Shown here in pieces: positions 53,331-64,000 of a stretch of DNA of 64,000 bases. The DNA comes from Camelus ferus (taxonomy: Eukaryota), in contig NC_045697.1 of NCBI RefSeq assembly GCF_009834535.1, forward strand, positions 25,794,001 through 25,858,000. Reading direction: 5' to 3'. The translations under genes were made by a program, and so were the position numbers. Under the pieces are notes generated by a model, which had not been told where the DNA came from, did no database searches, and saw nothing but the letters and a program-made list of their open reading frames with translations. Every line of letters begins with the position of its first letter. Position 1 is the stretch's first letter.

Positions 53331-55904
53331 CAATCAATTGTATCGATTTTGACAGTAAAAGGTGCTTGAATCATGCATTTTCTCCTTTTTTCCCTCTTGA
53401 AATACCACTATTGGATCAGCTATTACAAGTATCCAAAGGTCTTCCAAATTTTTCCGAGAGTTTTATTTCAGGACACCGAAGGACTAAGTTAAATAGCTCT
53501 TATGAGGACTGAGAAATATCCTAGGCGTCTGAAACAGGGGCTTGCTTTCTCACGCTCGTTCATTCCAGAATACTTAATTCTAGGCAACTCAAATGTTTTT
53601 CTTGGAATGAGTTTTCACACTAAGCTGATTTTTATTGCAACTGTTGTGCTTGGCAAAACATTAGTGAAATCCCCATATAGTATTAGAATTATACAGAATT
53701 ACAGTTTTGTGATTTTGTGTTATATATGCTGAATATAATGTTACTGAGAAAAAAGAAATTTAAGATACTGGTTGGCAGACGAGCTTGTACTTAAAAGCTT
53801 GTAATCAGGTAAAATAACAAAACACATACTTTGTTTTCTTTTGCTCACCGGTATATATTTTAATCAGAAAAAAATAGAGCAAGGTAAGTAACTTCAGTAA
53901 ACTGAATTTTATTGCTGTTATAGAAGATTTAATAACCAATTTTAAAGGGTGAAAACCTTCCAGAAGAACCTTATTGGACAGGCAAGATCAGACAATATTT
54001 GTTTTAGACTCATGGCTAAGCTAGTAAGTAAATAAAGTGAAGGTATGGAAATCTCTTTACATTGCTGTAGTGCACAACCACCTGGCTTCTGAGACAGAGA
54101 GAGAAAGCAGGACCATACATCTCACATAATATTCCCTCCCGGGTAAGATTAGTTGATAACACAAGAGCATTTTCCTTGGCTTTCCCTGACAGAAATTTGA
54201 TTCATCTTCCAGCAAGAACAATTTTTCTACCATATTCAGCAATAGTCGCTTCTGAAGGGCTTTCTTATCTCATTTCTTATTCATCAATCTCCAAAAGACA
54301 TGTTAGAAACGGCAAAATGTAAATCTCTTTATAACTAAGTTAATCCAATTTTTTTTCATTTATCTTTCGTGAGACACAGCCTCATTGTCAGCTGAGCATA
54401 TGTAACAAATGCTTGTCACTTCTGAGCACTCAAAGAGCAAGATCTGAAAGAGATCATTTCTTTTGACAAATGTACGTTAACACAAGAAACCTCCTTTTTT
54501 CCAATGATTTACTTGTCATGTATTTTTTTAAGTGATATCTACCCATAAATTTTGGAGGAAGACTATCATAGCTACTTTATATAATTATAGTTCCGATAAG
54601 ACATATCTTCTTCAGTTTTTTAATTTAGCATTTTGTCAAAATGGGTAAGAAGAAAAGATAAGTCTTTACTTACTGGTTTCTTCATAAAATATTCTTATTT
54701 ACATGCGGACTTTAACTTATCTTCTGTATTAACCTAAATCCTGCACCACAAAATCTAATTGAAAAGATATGCTTTATAAAAGAAAAGTAATTTCTGTAAC
54801 GGATTGTTTTATCCTATATATTTTTACCACTTGATATGTAGAGATTTTTTTCCTAAGTCAACATCTGTAGAAAAATTTGCAAATGTCCAGCAACATTTTA
54901 TAAGTTCTGAAGATATAAAGTTTTATGGAAAAAACCCAAATGTCACCAATATATAGATTTTATTCTTTCATTTTGTTTCAAAGCAGTTTTAAGATGTTCT
55001 GTATGGATAATTTTTAACATCTAATGAATATTAAACCTAACATTTGATAAACAAAATGGTTGGCATCTTTCACTGTTTCTTTAATAGAACCTATAAATTA
55101 GAGTTGCATCTTTCTCTAGAATATCTTAAACTTTCTCAGCTTGTCATTTAAGTAGTTCTGTTTTAATTATGTTTTCATGATTTGCATATCATGGTTTGAA
55201 GGATTTATAAAAATACAAAGAGGATTTATAATTTCCCCTATAAATGATACAGTTTACCACTCCTCTGAGAGGGAAATCAGGTTAATACTTCCTACAGGGC
55301 TACTGGTTTCTTACAAAATAATTTTGAAACCACCCTAACAGAAAACTGGACTATTTAGAAGGAAGTTTGCAATCTCTTGACTTTAAGAACTAGTGTCTTT
55401 AATAATTATAATACTAATATATTAAATGTAATCATTTTCATTATAATGAGTGTTTAGTGAGTGCTAATTGAGTGTTACTACTGTCTTAAACACTTAAAGG
55501 ACACTGACTCATGGGTTGATGGGATTATTATGCAATTTTACAGGTAAGAAATGAGGTTAAGAAATTAACCTAAGGTCATGTGGTTAATATAGACACACTA
55601 CCTATCTGCATAGCTGTTTCAATATGTTGATAAAAGGACATTTTCAATGGGCAGTTGAATCTCAATGAAATTAAGTGTCATCAATCATAAATATATTATG
55701 CTTTCTAAATGAGCAAAAATAGCAGTATTGGAATATTAAAAATAATAATTTGTGTGTTCACATAAACACAGACTGATAGAAAATATTCATCACTTCATTT
55801 AATAGAAACTTTGACATTGAAAGTAATAAATAAAGATACCATAGACTCCAATTGTAAGTTCACTTACAAGGAATCAAAACCTTGAAAAAGAATGTCTTAA
55901 ATTT

Positions 55905-56045
55905 TGGGGTGGGGGAGTAAGGGGTAAAAACTATTGGTGGAACGCTGCAGGGATGTATTGTACCACATGGGGAACAAAGCCAATATTTTGTAATAACTGT
56001 CAATGGAGAGTAACATTTAAAAATTGTGTAAAAGTTGTATTAAAG
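55905..56045 (+). mobile_element. Laurasiatherian/artiodactyl L1 extreme 3' end
   Basis: ggatgtattgtaccacatggggaacaaagccaatattttgtaataactgtcaatggagagtaacatttaaaaattgt. Confidence 0.7.
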
Positions 56046-56440
56046 AGTTTTTTTAAAAGGATATCTAAAAATTGGTAGATTCTTATCTGTCTGAGAACTC
56101 TAAATGCTGTTCTGATGGATGCAAGGGAATAAATAAAAGGAAATCCTTAGGGGCAATTCTGTACAGGAAATTTCCTCACCCTTGTTGAAATAGAATAAGG
56201 AGCTCCATTTTTTTTTTTTTTTTGGACCATGGATGGACAGTTTCTAAATAGCACAGACTCTCTCACAATACTTGTCTTTCTTCCCTTTGAGATTTTTTTT
56301 TCTTCTGTTAATTTTGCTGCCACCATCACACTGATCCTCAAGAATGTACTGTCTTCAAGATTTCTCTTGTCACCCTTTGGTCCAAATGTAGATGCTTTTT
56401 CCTTTGCTGGAGAAGAATTTTTAGATTTAAAAATTACTTC

Positions 56441-56443
<3 letters not shown>

Positions 56444-56478
<35 letters not shown>
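56444..56478. repeat. (TA)n microsatellite
   Basis: Seen directly. Confidence 0.95.
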
Positions 56479-56484
<6 letters not shown>

Positions 56485-57049
56485 GTTAAATATAATCTAT
56501 TATATATTATGTTAAATATCGGTATATATTATATATTGTATATTAGATATAACACCTGAAATGGGTGAGCACTTTCAGAAAAATTATACTTAATACATAA
56601 TAAACACATATATTACATACATGTGTAATCATAAAAAGGAAATGAAGAAAAGGGTAGACACAGAAGAAACAGCCTGCTCATTCTGGACAGTGTCCTTATC
56701 CTACCATTAGTTAGCATGCTCTCCTGAGTGACCTTGACCAATTCCACATGACAATTGAGTCATCAATTGATTGGTTATACAACATTTCTGGATTTGTGCA
56801 AGTACTTTATTGCCCTGTCCCAGTCTTACCTCCATATGTGAAATGACACTGTGATTCATACTCAAACACCAGTCTCTAAGGCAGGGTATCAAAGACAAGA
56901 GTTTTGAGCCTGAATGCTATTCTAATGGTCCCTCATCGTATTCATGTGAGACCTAAGGCTTCATTTAAAGTGAATGACATAATACATGTTCTTACCTATC
57001 AAACAAACTCAACCTTTTGTATAGACTAGTGGCCTTGCCCCTCAGTCTC

Positions 57050-57310
57050 TGAGAATAATTTAATTCTGTTCCCCAAATATTTCTCACATAGCATTTCCTG
57101 GACCTCTTGTGTTTGGGTGGAGACATTTGACAAGCTCTGCCCGGTACACTGTGAGTAGAAGTGTCTTGATCAGAACTGTCCAAGGGAGAGTGGCCCCAAG
57201 TGGAGAATGCTCAGAACAGAGCCCTTAGCCAATCTATGATGGACACATGCTGTGAGTGAGAAATAAACCTTTGCTCTTTAATGCCCCTGAGATTTTGAGT
57301 TTAGTTCCTG
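57050..57310 (+). mobile_element. MaLR LTR fragment (MLT1J/K-like)
   Basis: cagagcccttagccaatctatgatggacacatgctgtgagtgagaaataaacctttgctctttaa. Confidence 0.6.
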
Positions 57311-58911
57311 CCTTGGTGGATGCCTTGTTCATCCACCTTACAGACTCTGTTTCCATCAAAGGTCCTTCAAGTCTTACAGAGAAATGTCTGTACCATCTGT
57401 TCATTAAGAATTACACAAAAGTTTGGTAAAATACCTAGATCAGTAATTTGTAAAATAATGTAAGTTTGCAAAAATAAAATTACATGTAGATTCACGTGCT
57501 CCTTAAGACATTAGGGCTCTGTGAATTCTCAAACTCTGCCATGAAATCTGGCCTATGCATTGAGTTCCCAATACTATTTTACCATGGAACCACATTAGTG
57601 GAATTAGGGAAATCTCAAACACAAGAAAGAAATTTTTGAGACCTACATTTTACTCTTCACAGAAATAAAAGCCATGATGGTAGGTTTATAGTATTTCCTA
57701 AATTAACTAATAGGAATGAAAGTAATTTTTAAAATTATAAGTGATAGTAATAAATTATTATCTCACCACTTAAAGAAAAAATGTGTTAAATGTGTCAATA
57801 ATTGCAAAATATCTAAAGTATGATGGAATGATAACAAAGTAGCCTCTGAATAGAATTTTCAAGTTATTTATCATTATTAAATTAATTACAAAGGAATTTT
57901 TATAATGTGTGAATTGAAATTTCTATGTTTCTTCAGAAAATGTCAATTATGATATGTAGCCTCTTTAGAAAAGGCTGTGGTTTTGACTTGAAAGCTGTTT
58001 TTGTAGATGTAAAATTTTGCAGAGGCAAAATGTGTTAGTCTCTTGACCTCAGAACATTTCACTTCTGTCAGGTACAACTTAGGCCTCAGGTCACTAAAAT
58101 ACACTTACTTTAATAGAAAACATGCCATTTCTTCATTGCTAAACATATTATCTTAAATATCCCATCCAACCAGTTTTCTTCATTGATATCTTCATAGTAA
58201 TGATTTTTTTCATCTTTATTTGGTGTTGGGTGTGCCCTTATTTCATCAATATCCATATAAATGGGTCTGCTCTACTAATATGTTATGACATATTTTCTGA
58301 TTTGTCCTGCATATCGTCATTCTAGCCTGTACAATTTTATAAAATCAGTTTATAAAGCACATTGAATCTGCATTATTTGAGATATACAATATAAGTCTCA
58401 TCCATTCATATGTTTCAACATGCACAGATCCTAAGGGATCAGAAGAATCAACTCAAAGGGTTGTGTAGTCCTTAACTGGATACACTTTCTTTGAAAGATT
58501 TTCCTATTAAAATTAGGAAGGCCATGGTACATAAGGAAAAATGTTCTATCCCATGCCACCCCTGACTTCTTGCCTTCCAATGCATGCAGATGTGCTATGT
58601 GAAACTCCTACATTAAACATTCAACCACGAGGGGAAAGTTAAGAGAATCACAGAGATGCTAAACATGACATTGACTTACAAAATGTGTCAGCAATGGCCT
58701 GGATCCAGATTTCTTGTTATGTAAGAAAAATTATTCCCTCTGTGTAAGCCACAATTAGGTGGATTCTCTATTGATCACATTCTATTGATTGATATCTGAA
58801 ATCATTCTTCTGATGTGAAGGAGATTAAACGATGCTAGATAAATGAGAAATACCATATTAACAGAAAGATCCCAATTGGGTTAGCAAAATTAAATTCTGG
58901 TAACATCAAGG

Positions 58912-59418
58912 ATATTGAGTAATCTGTTGCTGTATAACAAACCATCTCCAAACTCAGTGGCTTAAAACAACAACCATTAGTTGTTTTACCCATAATACTG
59001 GATGAGCAGTTTGGGCTAGGCTCAGCTGGGCAGTTCTTCTTTTAGTCTTCCTTGGGACCACTCATGCAGTTACAGTCTTCTGATGGTTTCAAGGGGCTGG
59101 ATGATCCAAGGTGGCCTCACTCAGATGTCTGGCTGTTGGCCGTGGTATCTCTTTTCTTCTTCATATGCTGTGTCTATCTCTAGTAACACAGACTAGTTTT
59201 CATCACATAATATTATATATGTTCCAAATAGGGGAAGGCAGAATCTGCAAGATCTCTTGAGATTTAAGCTTTGGAGCTCACATAATGTAATTTCCACAAT
59301 ATTGTGCTGGTCAAATCCTATTACAGGGCAAGCCCAAATTTAGTGGGTGGGAAATAGACTCTACTTCCTGAAGGGAGTAGCTTCAAACTGTTGTTGTCAT
59401 GTTTTCAATCTCTATCCA
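58912..59418 (-). mobile_element. MaLR LTR (MLT1H/I-like) nested in an old L1
   Basis: ttgctgtataacaaaccatctccaaactcagtggcttaaaacaac...gggctaggctcagctgggcagttctt...atccaaggtggcctcactca. Confidence 0.8.
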
Positions 59419-59419
59419 A

Positions 59420-60140
59420 ATATGTGGATAGAGAATGGCAAGAATATGTGTAAATATGTAGAGTGCTGCTGGTGGTGTAAAAAGTTTGATAGATTTCAAG
59501 AAAAGTTTGTCAATATCAATCAGAATCAAATACACATGTATCTTCCCAACTAGCAATTTCACCCATAGATATAGTCTAAAGAAGACCTTGCATATGCGTA
59601 CAGGAAAGCAAGTTTAAGGATGTAAATGACAGAATTGTCTATAAATGGAAAAGTCAGAAACCAATTTAATGTCCATCAACTGAATACATAAATTGGAATA
59701 CATTTACATATGGGGAACTGTAGTTAGTTAAAATGAATGAACTAGAGCTATATGCATTAATACATACTAATTTTGAAGTTATAATGTCAAATGAAAAATC
59801 AAGTTACAAAATGATACATATGTATTTTAGGACTTAGTAAATTTAAGAAGTAATATGATACTATATATTATTATGAATGGATATGTAAGTAAGAATACGG
59901 GGACTATTGTTAGGAAAGATGTGGATCAACCTCAGGATAGTGTTATCTCTGGGACTGCAAAGGTAAGAATGGTTTAATTGAATCTGTAATATCTTGGGGT
60001 TTTTTACATATACCAAACAATTTGGACAAATATGAATATTCATAAAATCTGTTTCATGTGTACATTGGTGTCTGTTCTATTATCTTTTACAATTCTTGCC
60101 TATTTGACATCTTTCATAGTTAAGAAAATTTTAAATAAAA
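59420..60140 (+). mobile_element. L1ME-type 3' region
   Basis: tgctggtggtgtaaa...cccaactagcaatttcac...aatgtccatcaac...aaaatgaatgaactagagctatatgca. Confidence 0.65.
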
Positions 60141-60852
60141 TATAATTCATATTGTGTCCACATAGATCTCTAGAAATTGATAAAATTAATTAGCGCCAGT
60201 GGGTGTCTTTGAGGAAGGGAATCAGAGAGCTAAGGGGTACGTAGGGTAAAGAAGACCTGGAGCTTTATTTCTTTGATACTCTTTGAATTTTTTATAACAT
60301 GATCATGAGTTACCTTTAAAAATATATTATTTCTCCATAATGATCATGTCATCCTTGAAAATGTGAAATAAATCACACAAAAGCTTGGCCAGTCTTCAGT
60401 TTGAATGATTTGGATGATCCTCATTACATATTCTTCAAGAGACCTCTGTCTATCACCCTCATTCGATGAAAAACTTTCAGTTGGTTCCCCACTATATTTA
60501 TTGAACACTTTTTTTGACCTGTTCTGAGGCTGCTGGAAATTTTCTATTCTCATAAGTGTCTGACAAGGTCACATGCATTCTGCCCTTTCGCTCTCATTGT
60601 CATTTAAAGGTCAGCTTGTGTCAAACCCATGCTCATTTGTTCTACCATATGTTATTTGAACACACAAGCCTGAAAAGCCTGAAGCCCAAGACATAAAGTG
60701 ACAGTTAAAAACTTAAAGAAGAAAAAAAAATTATAAATTTTTATGAAACTAACTTTTGAATATATATTCAATTCAGTGTCAAAAGAAAAATGAAAAATTG
60801 ATATGCTTCTTATCAAATCATTAATTTTGGTGCATTTTAAATAAGGTAGGCT

Positions 60853-62300
60853 CATTCATTCATGCATTTGGCAAATACTGTAGAGTCTCCTATATGCTAA
60901 GTATTGTTGTAGGTGCTGGCATATAGCAGTAAACAAAATTAAGTCTTTTCCCTCATGCATCTTACACTACTGGGGAGAGACAGACAACAGCCACACTATT
61001 ATACGTCAGACTGTGACAGCAATATGGAGTAAAACAAACCAGGATAACGAAGATAAAAGGAGTGAGAAGATGGGAGGTGCTGCTACTTAGTAGCAAGTTG
61101 ATGTCATGAAATATCTAATTTATATGCTAATATTAAACAGAGACTTAAGAAACTGATAAGAGCTTTCTGTGAACTGTTCTGTTCCAGGCAGAGGGAACTG
61201 CACATGCAAAAGTCTTGGGCAGAAATATGCTTGATGTTCCCAAGGAATCACTGCATGCTATGTAGACAGTAAAGGAAAAATGTAGAGAAAAGATCAAAGA
61301 GTAAAGAGTTCACACTGGGACCTTGTAAGACATTTTTAAAAGGCCATTGTAAGTACTTTAGCTATTGTTGAAGAAGGATTTCTGAGCAGAAGAATAGAGC
61401 ATAGAGAAGAAAGGGTGGAAGCAGGAAGACCAGTGAGGAGGCAACTGATGACTGATTGATGATGTGAAGGAAAGAGAGAATTTAGATGTTTGAGAAACTT
61501 GCTGGATGTTAATGCCGCTCAATTACTAGGAAAACAAGGAATAGTTTGGGAGCAAAGACGATGTGTTCTCTTGGCCATGCTGACTTAGAGGTGCCTGTGA
61601 AACATGCCGTGGGGCTATCCAGAAAGGAGTTCAATGTTTATGAGTTTATGGTGGCACAAAATTTTTTTCTCACTTTTTTCAGCATCACTCAGCATCCAGA
61701 TGCACACGAGGAGCAGGCAATCGGACAAACTTAACCACGTTTTGAGTTTTCCAGTCAAGCGAAACAGAAGTTTAATAGGGCAAGAATGTTGAGGGCATTG
61801 AAAGACAAAGAGTACAAATTTTTAAAACAACATACAATATATGCTATATTGAAAAGGAAACCAAGACTGGCGATTGCAAGTAGACAGGGGAAGACAAGAG
61901 ACCCAAGTGTAAACATATCAGTGAGGCAGAGGAGTTGATGTTGGAAATAGTTGAGAGGGGCAGGAGGAAGGAGACTAAAGTATTATCTAAAACTAGGCTT
62001 ATAATTCTAGCTAAATGCATATTTAAGGATTATAGACATGCATGTTTAAGGATTATAGTCATACATGTAGGTGGCTGTTGTAAAGTGGAAGATCAGATCA
62101 TTTGACATTAGAAGATTAAAGAACAAGAGACTAGGATGTTGGATAAATCTTATCAAGGATGATGGTTGAACTTGGCAGGAAAAGGAAGACTGTTGGCCTA
62201 TGCTAATTACCACGGCTACGCAACTAAATGATTCAGCTGAAATCTGCAAGGGTTTCACCTGAAAAGGAAGACTGACACCTATCCCATGCTTTCAGTGAGT
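60853..62300 (-). mobile_element. L2 LINE (L2a-like) 3' portion; distal boundary uncertain
   Basis: cattcattcatgcatttggcaaatactg...taggtgctggcatatagcagtaaacaaa...ttccaggcagagggaactgcacatgcaaaagtc...gaagcaggaagaccagtgaggaggc. Confidence 0.7.
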
Positions 62301-64000
62301 GGGGAGTCAGCAACAAAACAAGGATGGCAGCTGGGACAGGGGTTAAGGCTGATGCAAAAAAAAAAAAAAAAAGCAAAAGCAAATGTGTTTACTTGAAAGC
62401 GAGGAAGTAATGGTTTAGATTAACAGTGGAGAGTTATAAGGACATCAACTACATCTCAAGACAGTTTCCAGAAAAATAATCTTTTCTCAAGAAAGTTGCA
62501 GGAAGCATTAACTTCCGAGGAGAGTCAAGTTCCAGAGGGCACAATGGAAAGGTGGTTCTAAAAAGGAACAATGAAAGTTTAAGAAAAAACATTATTTTCA
62601 GATAAAAGGGGGCAGGGGAGAAAGCATAGACAACTTAAGATAGTCTATTTTGATTGTTGAGCAAGGATAACAGAGATTTGGCATGTTGTGTTAAACTCAC
62701 TTCAAGGTTGTAAGAGAAAAAACTCAGAACTTGGGAGCTTCTGGTAAGAATGGTGTCTTTAGGCAAAAATCAGAAAACACTTTTAGGAGAAAAACCAAGA
62801 AACTCTACAGAATTCCCTGAGGCAAGCTCCCCTCTAGATTTGTGTTTATCCTAGAGTCCAATGCAGGCTGCCACTGCTCTCTTCCCCTCTCCAGTCCCGC
62901 CAGGACACAGCCGTCAGGGAATCCTCCACTATTGTTTATATCTTGTTCTTAACTAGCTCAAGAAACAGTCACCATGAGCCCACAGACCAGAATAGTGAAA
63001 CTTTAAATGTCCTGCTTAGGCTGTTCATGATTACGCCGAAGAGTTTCCCAGCTGTCACGAATGCGGGAAAACCAGGGGCAGGGAAAAGTAAAATGTCACT
63101 CGGGGATCCTCCAAGAGCGATGGGATGAGTGAGCTGAATCTTTTAGTTGTATAGCAGTGGTAATTACAGACACTTGTAACAGTGTATGGCGATGCGGTTT
63201 TCCATCATGTCATATCAAGTTAGGTCTTGAAAAGAGAGCAAATTATTGCATGATCACTGGCATCTTGTTGATAAGCAGCAGGGGGTTAATGCTCAGCCTC
63301 CATCTCATATGTTGAGAGCATCTGTAGAAAAGGCAGCTGGCAGTACAGCAGACCATGGAGGAGAGCAATAAAGTTTTAGTTTCAACCCAAGTGAAATTAG
63401 ACATGTCAACCAAATGTTTGCTATTAATCTATATTGCCTGATTTGCATCTTACTATACCACATGTCAGGGTTTCTCCCAATTGGCATTGCCTGATCGTGA
63501 TAATTTGATATTTGCAGAGCATCAGCAGTGAAGTCAGCAACAGGCAGAAGGTAGTGATGGAGAAATTTCATGGGCAGAGACTACAGAGAGTGCTGAAAAG
63601 TAAGCAGGAAAGTGGTGACAAATGTTGATTCATAACATTTTGTTGGAAAGGATTCATTGAAATATACTGCAATGAATTTGAAGAACTAATATTAAAACAA
63701 GGAGAAGAAGTGATTTAAAGAAGAATTAAAGAATGATGTTCTCATTCTGTCAAGAGAGAAGACTTGTTGTCCCAGAGTAGCCACAAAAGACCACCATGTT
63801 GGGCATGACTGTGATTCTGTTCATTAAGCACCTGCAAATTAAAACATAGATACATGTAAAGAATTGATTTGAATACCTTTATGAGAATGCTTCCCCTTCA
63901 TGCAAGTTAGAAGTTTCAGAGGATGAAGAATAAATATTATACTGAAATTTCCATTCAAATCAATCTCATTACCTCTAATAACCAGGGGGTGAAATGGCAT

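Noticed and set aside
967..56763. Numerous AP-1 heptamers (TGAGTCA/TGACTCA) across the window
   Set aside because: They are scattered, several lie within repeats, and the number is not clearly above expectation without a computed background.
63332..63347. 16-mer ggcagctggcagtaca shared with the start of the insert at ~48167
   Set aside because: The similarity does not extend. A single 16-mer match in 64 kb is compatible with chance.
1..64000. The many 60-175 aa ORFs in the ORF track as protein-coding genes
   Set aside because: They are low-complexity, often start at non-ATG codons, often lie antisense to L1/LTR remnants (e.g. 45095-45622, 30545-30943, 217-594) and show no recognisable homology. 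This is the expected background in mammalian DNA.
1..64000. CRISPR arrays, tRNA/rRNA genes, NUMTs, endogenous viral coding sequence
   Set aside because: I saw no regularly spaced repeats, tRNA/rRNA signatures, mitochondrial-like sequence or gag/pol/env-like ORFs.

Overview
This is AT-rich, CpG-depleted, repeat-rich mammalian DNA, either intronic or intergenic. The young L1 3' ends resemble artiodactyl, probably camelid, L1s, and I saw no Alu, B1, Bov-tA, PRE1 or CAN SINEs. I recognise no protein-coding gene. The only ORFs with recognisable homology come from transposons: the L1 ORF2 C-terminus and a Tigger7/MER44 transposase N-terminus. Much of the window is decayed transposons (old and young L1, L2, L3/CR1, MIR, MaLR and ERVL solo LTRs, MER5, MER44). 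Subfamily names are from recall of consensus sequences, not a database search, and many boundaries are approximate. Non-routine observations: (1) minus-strand exon-like units (6293-6412, 5363-5481 and a 36-nt in-frame candidate at 21683-21718) plus a plus-strand L1 bias, hinting at a minus-strand host transcript; (2) a poly(A)-tailed, TSD-flanked MIR-like orphan insert inside an L1MB-type element; (3) a 5'UTR+ORF1-only L1 with a putative TSD; (4) a ~105-115 bp non-TE duplication 1.1 kb apart; (5) a strong CTCF motif beside a 29-G run; (6) a few TF-motif clusters. I cannot support any claim of a novel multi-gene system.
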